Positions 18,251 through 26,937 are shown, counted from the first letter of the stretch. The stretch: 58,664 bases of DNA from Thiobacillaceae bacterium (GCA_025054655.1 JANWZL010000064.1:1-58664), one strand, 5' to 3'. The notes: generated by a model not told the origin, from the sequence alone. Made by a program: numbers and translations.

Positions 18251-18823
18251 ATCCCCTAGCGTCTCCACCACCAGGTTGCGGTTGGTGTAGATGCAGAGGT
18301 CGGCGGCGATGGCCATGGCCTCGGTGACGATGCGCTCCGCACTCAGTTCGGTGTGAGCGAGCAGGGCACGTGCAGCGGCCTGGGCGTAAGGCCCGCCGCT
18401 GCCAATGGCGGCGATGCCCAGCTCCGGCTCCAGCACGTCGCCCGCGCCCGACAGGATGAGGGTGGCCTCGCGATCCGCCACCACCAGCATCGCCTCCAGG
18501 CGCCGCAGCATGCGATCGGTGCGCCAGTCCTTGGCCAGCTCCACCGCGCTGCGGGTCAGATGCCCCTGGTGCTTGTCCAGCTTGGCCTCGAAGCGCTCGA
18601 ACAGGGTGAAGGCATCGGCCGTGGCACCGGCGAAACCGGCCAACACCCGGTCTTTGTACAGCCGCCGCACCTTGCGCGCGCCGGCCTTGACCACCACCTG
18701 GCCCAGCGTGACCTGGCCGTCACCAGCCATGGCGACCGCGCCGGCCCGGCGCACGCACAGGATGGTGGTGCCGTGCCAATGCAGGGCCAAGGCGGTGGTG
18801 TTCGCAGGATCGCTGGGCATCAT
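18221..18823 (-). CDS. HslV-like Ntn-hydrolase peptidase without HslU (BPH-type proteasome homologue candidate)
   Basis: ORF trimmed to the [18 protein letters not shown] leader, followed by [23 protein letters not shown]...[17 protein letters not shown]...AIGSGGPYA (HslV/proteasome beta fold). There is no in-frame start adjacent to the TT, and no AAA+ gene on either side. Confidence 0.8.
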   Translation of the reverse strand: MMPSDPANTTALALHWHGTTILCVRRAGAVAMAGDGQVTLGQVVVKAGARKVRRLYKDRVLAGFAGATADAFTLFERFEAKLDKHQGHLTRSAVELAKDWRTDRMLRRLEAMLVVADREATLILSGAGDVLEPELGIAAIGSGGPYAQAAARALLAHTELSAERIVTEAMAIAADLCIYTNRNLVVETLGDVGGEERGEE

Positions 18824-18879
18824 CTGGCAGCAGCCGGTCGAAGGGACAGCAGGCCGACTCCTAAAGCACTGTCGGGCTG

Positions 18880-18896
18880 CGCGCGCTAAGCGCGCG
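18880..18896 (-). terminator. GC hairpin cgcgcgc-taa-gcgcgcg downstream of the STAS gene
   Basis: 7-bp perfect stem with a 3-nt loop, about 45 nt after the STAS-protein stop. No clear U-tract. Confidence 0.3.
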
Positions 18897-18906
18897 GGGG
18901 AGTACT

Positions 18907-18941
18907 GTCCTCGGTCTTCGGTCCTCCGTCCTCTGTCTTCA
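18907..18941. repeat. heptanucleotide tandem repeat GTCYTCN x5
   Basis: gtcctcg gtcttcg gtcctcc gtcctct gtcttca. The last unit contains the STAS-gene stop codon complement (tca, 18939..18941). Confidence 0.8.
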
Positions 18942-20075
18942 GACCCGGGTGCGCCCCAGGATGACGGCGTACTGGGCCGCACCGATGAGCTGCAGGAGCA
19001 CGTTAACCAGCTCGTTACCCTCCTTGAACAAGACCTTGCAGCCTTTCTCCTGCAGGGCGATGAGGGTCTCCAGCAGCAAGCCCACCGAGGCGAATTCGAT
19101 GCGGCTGACCCGGCTCAGATCGATCTCCACCTGCGGTTTGTCCTCGGCAAAGGCGCGCAGGCGGGCGAGCTGGTCATCCCCCCGGGCGCCCACCACCCCA
19201 TACAACGGGAAGCTGAGCCCGCTGGGTTCCGGCCGCGGCACGCCCGACCGTGGGTCGGGCTGGGCCGGGGCCTTGGGCGGCGTGTAGGACGGCGGCGAGA
19301 CCTCGAAGCGCACCGCGTAGTCCAGGGCCAGCTCCTCGAAGCGCGCCTCGTCCGCGCTCAGCTGCAGGAGGGTGAGCAACAGCAGCCAACCCGGCTCGCT
19401 CAATCGATCCGCATCCCGTTGGGCCTGCAGATGGGCGATGAGGCTGGGCGCCCCGGTCAGCTGGATGGCCTTGCCCTCCTCCTGCAGCCGCGTCAGACAC
19501 TCCAGGATGACGCGGGCATAGTCCTCGTCCGGTGCCGGGGTGCGGCCGACGTCGACGCGCACGGCCGGCCGCGCCTGCGCCTCCTGCAGGAAACGCTTGA
19601 GCCGCTCGCGGTCGGCCGGCCCGAACTGGGCGCCGAAGCCCATGTAGGGCATGGCCGCCTCCTCGCCGCCAGACTGCAGCACCCGCGGCGACCAGGTCGG
19701 CGGCGAGCGCTCGAAACGCACGGCGAACTCCACCGCCGCGTCCTCGAAAGGGGCGCTCTGACCGGTCGCCTCGTACAGGTCGAACAGCATGTACCAGGGC
19801 TGGGGGTCGCGCAGGTCGGGGTGATCGAGCAGATACCGGTTGAGCAGCGCCGCCGCGTCGCCCGTCTTGCCGTTGGCATAGAGCACCGCGGCCTCCTCCA
19901 GCTCGGGGGCGAGGCCGCCGCCCGTCTCCTCCACCTCGATGGCGGCCTGCGCCTGCGCCTGGGCCGTCTGGCGCACGCGCGCCTCCGGCCCCTCCCCGCC
20001 GCCGGGCACGCCCTGCTTGAGGAAGGCCATGAGGTCTTCGGGCTTGTCCTTGCGGAAGAGGTTGAACAGGGCCAC
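18939..20075 (-). CDS. STAS-domain protein with duplicated [helical + STAS-like] modules
   Basis: Real part of ORF 18939..21017. Proposed start is the in-frame GTG at 20075 ([22 protein letters not shown]); ATG 20030 is an alternative. Internal repeat [19 protein letters not shown] / [19 protein letters not shown]. The C-terminal [32 protein letters not shown] is STAS-like. Confidence 0.7.
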   Translation of the reverse strand: MALFNLFRKDKPEDLMAFLKQGVPGGGEGPEARVRQTAQAQAQAAIEVEETGGGLAPELEEAAVLYANGKTGDAAALLNRYLLDHPDLRDPQPWYMLFDLYEATGQSAPFEDAAVEFAVRFERSPPTWSPRVLQSGGEEAAMPYMGFGAQFGPADRERLKRFLQEAQARPAVRVDVGRTPAPDEDYARVILECLTRLQEEGKAIQLTGAPSLIAHLQAQRDADRLSEPGWLLLLTLLQLSADEARFEELALDYAVRFEVSPPSYTPPKAPAQPDPRSGVPRPEPSGLSFPLYGVVGARGDDQLARLRAFAEDKPQVEIDLSRVSRIEFASVGLLLETLIALQEKGCKVLFKEGNELVNVLLQLIGAAQYAVILGRTRV

Positions 20076-20104
20076 GGCAGCACTCGTCGCTAGCTGCTGC
20101 GATA

Positions 20105-20932
20105 CTATTCTGCGCGACGGTCGATCGCAAGTGCGCGTCCACGCCAGGGCGGGGCAAGGCGCGCCAGGGCGCCGCCGAGGACGAGCGCCACCACCAGCAG
20201 GGCCACCAGCACGGGGCCGAAGGGCTGGTCCAGGCCCAGGGCGAGCGCATAGGCCAAGACATAGGCGGCCAGGCCGACACCCGCGCTCAAGCGTGCGGCC
20301 GTACGCCAGCTGCCGGCGTAGAGAAAGGCCAGCCGGGCGGGCGCGAAGACCAGGGCGAAGCCGGCCAGCAGGCCCAGGCTGGCGGTGGCCGCCGCCACGT
20401 TCAACGCCACCAGCAGGTCGAAACCGAAGTGCCAGCGCCAGGCGGGCAGGCGGTTGGCGCGTTCGTGGCTGGGCAACAGCCGTGCGCGCATGAGCGCTGG
20501 CGCGAGCCGGGCCAGGGCGGGCAGGGTGAGCAGGGCGAGCAGGACTGCCACCGACGCCTCGCGCCAGCTGGCGAAATACAACTGGCCATCGACCATGGCC
20601 TGGGCCAGGGCATGGCCCAGGGTCGAGTTGGCGGCGATCAGCAGCATGAGTGCCCAGCCGGCCAGGATCATGACGGCATAGGCGTCGTTGTCGCGCAGAC
20701 GGCTGAGCGCCTTGAGGCCGGCACCCAGCACGGCGCCTGCCGGCGCACCCAGGAGCGCGGGCACCCCCAGGCCCAGGCCGGCCAGGGCGGTAGCCCCGGC
20801 CAGATGGGCCAGGCCCAGAGTGGCCAGCCACTCCTCGCGCAGCCGCAGCAGGTTGCCCAGCAGGGGCAGCGTGAGCGCCAGCGGCAGGCCGGCCAGGAAG
20901 GGGATGATCAGGTGCGGGTCCATGGCGATCAC
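20105..20932 (-). CDS. znuB: metal (zinc/manganese-type) ABC transporter permease
   Basis: 275 aa, multi-TM ABC-3 family pattern. GTGA overlap with the upstream ATPase gene. MDPHL at 20923 is an alternative start. Confidence 0.8.
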   Translation of the reverse strand: MIAMDPHLIIPFLAGLPLALTLPLLGNLLRLREEWLATLGLAHLAGATALAGLGLGVPALLGAPAGAVLGAGLKALSRLRDNDAYAVMILAGWALMLLIAANSTLGHALAQAMVDGQLYFASWREASVAVLLALLTLPALARLAPALMRARLLPSHERANRLPAWRWHFGFDLLVALNVAAATASLGLLAGFALVFAPARLAFLYAGSWRTAARLSAGVGLAAYVLAYALALGLDQPFGPVLVALLVVALVLGGALARLAPPWRGRALAIDRRAE

Positions 20933-21504
20933 CCCCCCGCACCCGGCGCGAGGTCATAGATGCGGTCGCAGACCTGATGCAGGAAATCGCGCTCATGACT
21001 GACCACCATGACCGCACCTTCTGTGCGCCGGGCGGCGATGGCCTCGGCGGCGAGGTGCACGTGTACCGGGTCCAGGTGGTTAGTCGGCTCGTCCAGCAGC
21101 ACCAGCCCGGCCGGACCGCTGAGCACGCCCCACAGGTGCAGCAGCTGGTATTCGCCGCCCGACAGCCGGTCGAGGCGCTGCGTCTCGATCCGCGCCAGCG
21201 CGCGCGGCAGCGCCTGCGTGCTGGCCTGCAGGCAGGCCAGCCACTCCCGGCCCGTCAGCGGCAGCTCGCGCGGGCGCACGAGGCGCTGGGGCAGGTGCGC
21301 AAGCCGCAGACCCGGCGCCCGCCAGATCTCGCCGGCATACAGCCGCGCCTCGCCCAGGATAGCGCCGATCAGGGTGGACTTGCCCACCCCGTTCGGACCG
21401 GCGATCCCCAACACCTCGCCGCGCGCCAGAGTAAGGCTGACCGGCCCCACCACCGGCCCGTCATAGCCGGCGACCACCCCAGTCAGGCGCAGCCACGCGC
21501 TCAT
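20929..21504 (-). CDS. znuC: metal ABC transporter ATP-binding protein
   Basis: Last 191 aa of the composite ORF 20929..22491, from ATG 21504. Walker A GPNGVGKST, signature LSGGEYQ, Walker B LVLLDEP. ATGA overlap with znuA. Confidence 0.85.
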   Translation of the reverse strand: MSAWLRLTGVVAGYDGPVVGPVSLTLARGEVLGIAGPNGVGKSTLIGAILGEARLYAGEIWRAPGLRLAHLPQRLVRPRELPLTGREWLACLQASTQALPRALARIETQRLDRLSGGEYQLLHLWGVLSGPAGLVLLDEPTNHLDPVHVHLAAEAIAARRTEGAVMVVSHERDFLHQVCDRIYDLAPGAGG

Positions 21505-22385
21505 CTGGCCAGCGCGAGCGCCGCCACCCACTGGTCGATCAGGCGCAGATAGCCGTCGGCATCGGCATCGGCCGGCGGCTCCATGGGCACCACCTGCACC
21601 GGCCAGCCCAGCGCCTCGGCCACCCGTTGCGGGCCCTGCGCCGGCTGATAGGCGTGATACAGCACCACCCCTTTTCTGCCCTGCAGCCGCTCGATAAGCC
21701 CCTGTAGATGACGGGCGGTGGGCGGCACGCCGGGGATGGGTTCGAGTGTGCCGAGCAGGGGCAGGCCCAGCCGCTCGAGCAGATAGACGCCGTCCTTGTG
21801 ATACAACACCGCCCCTGCGCTGCCGGCCACCTGCGCCCGCCAGGCCGGCAGCCGCGCCTGCACCGTGCGGGCGAAGGCCTCCGCGCGGGCGCGGTATTCG
21901 GCCGCGCGCGCGGGCTCCAGGCGCGCCAGCCGCTCGGCCAAGGCGCGGGCGATGGTCGACATGCGCACGGGGTCCAGGTGCACGTGCGGATTGCCCGCCG
22001 GGTGCACGTCGCCGCGCGCACGGTCGGCCGGCTGGCCCGCGTCGATGAGCGGCACCTGCGCCGCCGCCTCGAAGTAGCCGATGCGCCCCGGCAGCAGCCT
22101 GGGGTTGGCGGCGCCGTCCAGGGCGGCGGGCAGCCAGCCCGCCTCCAGCTCCGCGCCCACCGCCACGAGCAGGTCGGCATCGCGCAGCGCCCGCATCATG
22201 GACGGTTTGGCCTGCAGCTGGTGCGGGTCGCGGTCGGGGGGGGCGAGCACCGTCACCCGCACCTGCGGCCCGCCCACCGTGCGCACGAGCATGCCCATGC
22301 TGGCGGTGGTGGCCACCACCTCCAGCGCCCAGGCCAGGGAGGCGCACAGACCGAGCAACAGCGCAACCAGTAAACGGCCCATCAT
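21501..22385 (-). CDS. znuA: periplasmic metal-binding protein (ZnuA/TroA cluster-9 family)
   Basis: ORF trimmed to MMGRLLVALLLGLCASLAWA (signal peptide). DPHQLQAKPS, GDVHPAGNPHVHLDP, and the HKDGVYLLERLGL pattern. Confidence 0.82.
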   Translation of the reverse strand: MMGRLLVALLLGLCASLAWALEVVATTASMGMLVRTVGGPQVRVTVLAPPDRDPHQLQAKPSMMRALRDADLLVAVGAELEAGWLPAALDGAANPRLLPGRIGYFEAAAQVPLIDAGQPADRARGDVHPAGNPHVHLDPVRMSTIARALAERLARLEPARAAEYRARAEAFARTVQARLPAWRAQVAGSAGAVLYHKDGVYLLERLGLPLLGTLEPIPGVPPTARHLQGLIERLQGRKGVVLYHAYQPAQGPQRVAEALGWPVQVVPMEPPADADADGYLRLIDQWVAALALAR

Positions 22386-22393
22386 GCGCCCCC

Positions 22394-23884
22394 TCAGAAC
22401 TTGTGCGCGCCGTGGGCGCCCAGGCTGTGCTGGTACTGGATCCACAACTCGTTGGGCCGTTCGCGCTGCCCATCCACCGCCAGGCGGGCACGCGAGGCCT
22501 GCAGCCTCAGGCGCGAGAACTCGCTGAAGTGGTGGGTGAGGGCGAGCGTCCAGCGGCTGGAATCGTCCCAGCTTCTGAGCCGCCCCGCCGGGCCATCGAC
22601 CCTGTTGGTCAGCCCCGTCACGTCGTAGCGCAGCCCGAGCTGCCAGCGCGGGGCGAGGCCATAGACGCCCTGCACGTAGAAGCCGTCCTGGGTGAAACGC
22701 CGCTTGGCACCGACCGGTACGGTGGGCCGCTCATGGAAGGCGATCTTGAGGTCCTTGACCTCGTGCAGATATTCGGCCATGAGGGCGAGGTCGCCCGCGC
22801 CATAGGCGCCCGCGGCGTCGAACTTGTACACCGCATTGAGCCCCCACAGCCGGCTCTTGCCCTGCAAGGCGTGCAGGCACTTACCGCCGGGCAGGCCGCA
22901 GGCCACGCCCGGATTCTCGTCGCTGTGGTCGTGCACCTCCTGATGCTGGCTCGCCCAGCCGCCCCAGGCCCCCAGCTGCAGGGCGTGGTGGTCGCCCAGG
23001 CTGGGGGCGAGCTTGGCGAAGGCGGTCCACAGCCGCGGCCCCGCCTTCTGTCCATCCAGCGTGCCGCCGTTGCCCGCTGCAGTGGGCAGCCCGTCGGCGC
23101 GAACGGCCGGGACCGTGAGGCCGGCCGAGGCATAGGGCTGGTCCTGCCCCTGCAGGGTCTCCACCCCCAGCAGGGTGTAGAGGCGGCCGGTCTTGGGCCG
23201 CCAGGTCAGCTGCAGCCCGGTGTCCTTGAGGCCGTGCTCGCCCAGCAGCGTGCGGTAGGGCAGGTTCTGATCGACGAAGTCCCATTCGTGCGGGTGCTTG
23301 TCGTTCAAATAGCCGATGCCGGAGAGGAATTTGCCGCCGCGCAGCTTCAGCCCCGCCGGCAGGCTGCGGGTGTCGAAATAGGCCTGCTCCAGCTCGACGC
23401 CCCCATGCGCGTCCACGGTCAGCATCAGTTGGGCGTCGAACCAGGGGTCCACCGTGGCGGCGAAGACGAGTTCCGTGGACCGCAGGTTGAAGCCGCGCTC
23501 GATGCCATGTGCATGGGCATGACCGTGGCTGTGGTTGATGCCGTCCAGGTGTTCGTACAGGTGCGGGCCTTCGCCCCGCTTGTTGTCGCGGTAATAGACG
23601 CCGTCGAAGATGACCGAGATCTGCGGGTTGAAGGCGCTGCCGGAGCTGAGCGCCCCCAGCCGGTCGGCACCGGCCTGGGGGGTAGCGCCGGCCGCCGGCG
23701 GTACCGCGGCCTGGCCCTCGGCGGCCTTGAGGCGTTCCTCCAGCTCTTTGAGCCGCGCCTCGTACTGGCGTTTCATCTGCGCGATCTCGGCGCGCAGGGC
23801 CTCGAGCTCAGGGTTGGCGTGGGCAGGGGTGATGAGGCCGGCGCACAGTAGGGCACCGGCCAGGGCTTTGAACCTGGTGTGCAT
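22394..23884 (-). CDS. outer-membrane beta-barrel protein with N-terminal coiled coil and His-rich loop (putative metal-regulated porin)
   Basis: ORF trimmed to MHTRFKALAGALLCAGLITPAHA (signal peptide). Coiled coil NPELEALRAEIAQMKRQYEARLKELEERLKAAEG. HSHGHAHAHG is encoded at 23504..23533. Alternating beta-strand pattern and a C-terminal ...GAHKF aromatic terminus. Confidence 0.72.
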   Translation of the reverse strand: MHTRFKALAGALLCAGLITPAHANPELEALRAEIAQMKRQYEARLKELEERLKAAEGQAAVPPAAGATPQAGADRLGALSSGSAFNPQISVIFDGVYYRDNKRGEGPHLYEHLDGINHSHGHAHAHGIERGFNLRSTELVFAATVDPWFDAQLMLTVDAHGGVELEQAYFDTRSLPAGLKLRGGKFLSGIGYLNDKHPHEWDFVDQNLPYRTLLGEHGLKDTGLQLTWRPKTGRLYTLLGVETLQGQDQPYASAGLTVPAVRADGLPTAAGNGGTLDGQKAGPRLWTAFAKLAPSLGDHHALQLGAWGGWASQHQEVHDHSDENPGVACGLPGGKCLHALQGKSRLWGLNAVYKFDAAGAYGAGDLALMAEYLHEVKDLKIAFHERPTVPVGAKRRFTQDGFYVQGVYGLAPRWQLGLRYDVTGLTNRVDGPAGRLRSWDDSSRWTLALTHHFSEFSRLRLQASRARLAVDGQRERPNELWIQYQHSLGAHGAHKF

Positions 23885-23951
23885 GCAAAACCTCGTCTGA
23901 AGAGTGAAACGATCGCTCCCCGCCACCGACCATGGGCGGCGGGCCCACGGG

Positions 23952-24242
23952 TCAGACGAGGGTCAGGGGCGGTGCGCGGCTGCGATAAGGCCGCCATGGG
24001 GCCGCGGCCGCGGCGGCCGGCACGTGGGCGGGAAGCGGCGCAGGGACGGCCTCGGGGTCAGCAGCGGGCGGCAGGCTCGGCGCCGCGCCCAGTTGCACGC
24101 TGCCGTAGGCGGTGCACCACTCGCAGGCGGGGTGCCCGTCGTCGTGGTCGGCCTGCAGATGGCTCAGGGCGTGCTGGGCGGCGGCCGTCTGTGCCCACAG
24201 CAGGGCCAGGGCGAGCAGCCACGTGCGCCAGATCGCCCGCAT
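23952..24242 (-). CDS. small secreted His/Cys protein (DUF2946-like?)
   Basis: 96 aa. Signal peptide MRAIWRTWLLALALLWAQTAAA, then HALSHLQADHDDGHPACEWC and a Pro/Ala-rich tail. Starts 3 nt after the DUF3299 stop. Confidence 0.5.
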   Translation of the reverse strand: MRAIWRTWLLALALLWAQTAAAQHALSHLQADHDDGHPACEWCTAYGSVQLGAAPSLPPAADPEAVPAPLPAHVPAAAAAAPWRPYRSRAPPLTLV

Positions 24243-24245
24243 GCC

Positions 24246-24827
24246 CTATTTACCCCTGTAGGGTTCCACCCGCTCCACCTCCAGCACATAGGTGGCGGCG
24301 CCGAACGGGGTGTCGGAGCGCAGCACGGTGAGCCGCCCCGTGGTCCACACCGCGTCCATGGTCTGCACCCCCTTGACCGGGGCGCGCGCCACGGCGTGGA
24401 TCACCTGGTTGGGCGGCGGCGGCGGCACGTGGATGCAGGCGCCGAAATAGGGCACGAGCAGAAATTCGCGCAGCTCTTTGGGGCCGCCGTCGAGCGAGAC
24501 GACGAAGCCGGGGATGCGGATGCGCTGGCCGTGCAACTGCCGGTTGGGCGGCGCGTTCTCCCAGGCGCGCTTCAAGTCCTCCAGGGCCTTCTGCGCGCGC
24601 GGGTCGGCATCGTCCAGGGTGGCGATGTTGAGCCCCTTGAGCGCCGCCAGCGGGTCCCAGTCCGGCGGCAGCAAGTCGTCCCAGGTCAGCGTGCGCACCG
24701 CCCCGGCCGCCGGTGCGGCCGCCTTGGGCGGCTCCTGGCGGATCTTGTCGCCCACCTTGTAGTCCTGGCCGGTGGCCGGGCCGCAGGCGGTGAGCAGAAC
24801 GATCACCATGGGGGGCAGCAGACGCAT
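24246..24827 (-). CDS. DUF3299-domain lipoprotein
   Basis: ORF trimmed to MRLLPPMVIVLLTACG (lipobox). Signature FLLVPYFGACIHVPPPPPNQ. Confidence 0.8.
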   Translation of the reverse strand: MRLLPPMVIVLLTACGPATGQDYKVGDKIRQEPPKAAAPAAGAVRTLTWDDLLPPDWDPLAALKGLNIATLDDADPRAQKALEDLKRAWENAPPNRQLHGQRIRIPGFVVSLDGGPKELREFLLVPYFGACIHVPPPPPNQVIHAVARAPVKGVQTMDAVWTTGRLTVLRSDTPFGAATYVLEVERVEPYRGK

Positions 24828-24891
24828 GCGGCAGATTTTAACCGGCCCGCCGGTGGTGTCGGGAGTCAAAGGCATGACCGATCGTACGGAC

Positions 24892-25422
24892 CTACCAGGC
24901 CAGGTCCGGCAGCCGGGCTGTGAGCTGTGCGGCGCGCTGGCCGCGCGGACCCACCACGGCCGCATCGAGGCGGCGCAACCTGGGGTAGTCTTTGAATAGC
25001 AGCACCCTCAGACCGGTAAGCCGCTCCGGGGCGCGACAGGTATAGCGCCACTCGGCCACGAGATCGGCATGCTCCCGGGCGCTGCCGCCCTGCAGCACCG
25101 GCGCCTCGACCTCGGCCGAGGCAAGCGTGCAGCCGGCGACGGGGCTGGTCAGGAAGAGCCCTTGGGCCGACTCAAGGCGCTTGATCAAGGCCGCGGCCGC
25201 CGTGCGCTCGGCCGCGGTGCGCGGTGCGCGCTCGAAGCCGAGCAGGTTGTCGAGCGGGCTGTCCAGCCGAATGACGAGCTGCGCCCCCTCCACCGCCACC
25301 TCCAACCGGGCCACGCCGTGCTGATGGACGCCATGGGCCTGGGCCCAATGGCCCGGTGTCAAGGCGAGCACCAGGGCAGACCACGCGGCTGTCGTCGCCC
25401 GCTGGATCACCTTCCGGATCAT
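24892..25422 (-). CDS. DUF2796 / ZrgA-like periplasmic zinc-uptake protein
   Basis: 176 aa with a signal peptide. HGVHQHGVARLEVAVEGAQLVIRLDSPLDNLLGFERAP is the DUF2796 pattern. Confidence 0.75.
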   Translation of the reverse strand: MIRKVIQRATTAAWSALVLALTPGHWAQAHGVHQHGVARLEVAVEGAQLVIRLDSPLDNLLGFERAPRTAAERTAAAALIKRLESAQGLFLTSPVAGCTLASAEVEAPVLQGGSAREHADLVAEWRYTCRAPERLTGLRVLLFKDYPRLRRLDAAVVGPRGQRAAQLTARLPDLAW

Positions 25423-25536
25423 CGCCTTACCCCCGTTTTCAACACCGCTGCGCGTCTGCTGTCTGCCTTGTTAGTACCCCTAGCATTGCCATTGCCAGCG
25501 GGCGGTCGGATCACAAGCTGCCTCAGCGGCACCGGC

Positions 25537-26700
25537 TCAACCGCTGCGAGCCCAGCGTGGAAAGGGGTCGTCGAACCGCCGCCAGCCCTCTTCGCCCAAG
25601 GCCATCTCCGCGTCCGTGAGCAGACAAGTATCAAAGCACTCGGTGAGCGCCTCCCGATCCATGCCGATGCCGATCAACACGATCTCCTGGCGACCGTCGC
25701 GCACGATCCGGCCGGCGCTGTCCTCGCCCTCGGGCCACAGGCCGGCGGCGCCGTGCTCGCGCGTGCTGCCGGCGAGCGACCACACCCCCGCCCACTCGGG
25801 GCGGCTGGCCAGCCAGAACCAGCCCTTGGCGCGGATCACCCCGGGCCATTCGGTATGGATCCAGTCCCAGAAGCGCCGCGGGTGGAAAGGGCGGCGGGCG
25901 CGATAGACGAAGCTGGCGATCCCGTACTCCACCGTCTCTGGCACATGCTCACCGCGCAGTTCTCTCAGCCAACCCGGAGCCTGCGCCGCCTGATCGAAGT
26001 CGAATAACCCCGTGTTGAGCACTCGATCCAGCGGCACCCGTCCGTGGGTGGCCACCTCCAGGCGCGCACGGGGGTTAAGGGTGTGCAGGATGGAGGCTAG
26101 CCGCGCCAGCTCCGCGGGGCTGACCAGGTCGGCCTTGTTGATGACGATCACGTCGCAGAACTCGATCTGCTCGACCAGCAGCTGCGCCACCGTGCGGGTG
26201 TCGCCCGCGCCCAGCGACTGGCCGCGGTCGGCGAGCAGGTCGTCGCTGGCATAGTCGTCGAGGAAGGCGCGTGCATCGACCACCGTGACCAGGGTATCCA
26301 GCCGCGCGATGTCCTTGAGCGACTGCCCCTCGCCTACCTCGAAGGTGAAGGTCTCGGCCACCGGCAGCGGCTCGGAGATGCCGGTCGATTCGATCACCAG
26401 GTAGTCGAAGCGCCCCTCGCGCGCAAGCCGTGCCACCTCCACCAGCAGGTCCTCGCGCAGGGTGCAGCAGATACAGCCGTTGGTCATCTCCACGAGCCGC
26501 TCCTCGGTGCGCGACAGCGCCGCCCCGCCGGAGCGCACGAGCTCGGCGTCGATGTTGACCTCGCTCATGTCGTTGACGATCACCGCCACACGGCGGCCCT
26601 CGCGGTTGTTGAGGATGTGGTTGAGCAGGGTGGTCTTGCCGGCGCCCAGGAAACCCGACAGCACGGTGACGGGCAGCCGGCGGTCAACAGCATACGCCAT
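25537..26700 (-). CDS. COG0523 (CobW/ZigA/YeiR-type) zinc-associated GTPase metallochaperone
   Basis: 387 aa. P-loop [15 protein letters not shown], metal motif [10 protein letters not shown], and a CobW C-terminal domain. Confidence 0.92.
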   Translation of the reverse strand: MAYAVDRRLPVTVLSGFLGAGKTTLLNHILNNREGRRVAVIVNDMSEVNIDAELVRSGGAALSRTEERLVEMTNGCICCTLREDLLVEVARLAREGRFDYLVIESTGISEPLPVAETFTFEVGEGQSLKDIARLDTLVTVVDARAFLDDYASDDLLADRGQSLGAGDTRTVAQLLVEQIEFCDVIVINKADLVSPAELARLASILHTLNPRARLEVATHGRVPLDRVLNTGLFDFDQAAQAPGWLRELRGEHVPETVEYGIASFVYRARRPFHPRRFWDWIHTEWPGVIRAKGWFWLASRPEWAGVWSLAGSTREHGAAGLWPEGEDSAGRIVRDGRQEIVLIGIGMDREALTECFDTCLLTDAEMALGEEGWRRFDDPFPRWARSG

Positions 26701-26787
26701 TGCGTCCTCCTTCTCTCGCAGTGTCTATGCGCGCCCAGGGCGTCGGGATCGACAGCCCCTGCGCCGACCCGCTCGGTGCCCGCCCGA

Positions 26788-26822
26788 CCTCGTGCGCAGA
26801 CGTTCAAGCCCTGCGCACGAGG
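26788..26822. other. perfect 12-bp inverted repeat in the zur / COG0523 intergenic region
   Basis: cctcgtgcgcag (26788..26799), an 11-nt loop, then ctgcgcacgagg (26811..26822). On the minus strand it lies downstream of the operator-like motif and upstream of the COG0523 start. Confidence 0.5.
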
Positions 26823-26880
26823 TGCGCAGCCCTGCACACGGGTTGTGCGCACGGCCGACGGTGGGCGCTTCGACGCCTCT

Positions 26881-26901
26881 CATACAACTCGGTTGCACAT
26901 T
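26881..26901. promoter_or_regulatory. candidate Zur operator copy 1 (catacAACTCGGTTGCAcatt)
   Basis: Contains caactcggttgca, identical to the core at 28241..28253. Lies between the zur stop and the COG0523 start. Confidence 0.5.
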
Positions 26902-26937
26902 GTGGGCAAGCCATCCTCGTTGCCAGCGCGCAGCCAC

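Noticed and set aside
18405-20093. 562-aa plus-strand ORF
   Set aside because: It is antisense to the HslV-like and STAS genes, which have clear family motifs. It is low-complexity and Arg/Leu/Gly-rich.
20929-22491. 520-aa ORF spanning znuC and znuA
   Set aside because: The upstream 329 codons are an out-of-frame read through znuA. Only the C-terminal 191 aa, from ATG 21504 (Walker A/B, LSGG), are credible.
22403-23851. 482-aa plus-strand ORF
   Set aside because: It is antisense to the outer-membrane barrel gene. It has no signal peptide and no motifs. It is a shadow ORF.
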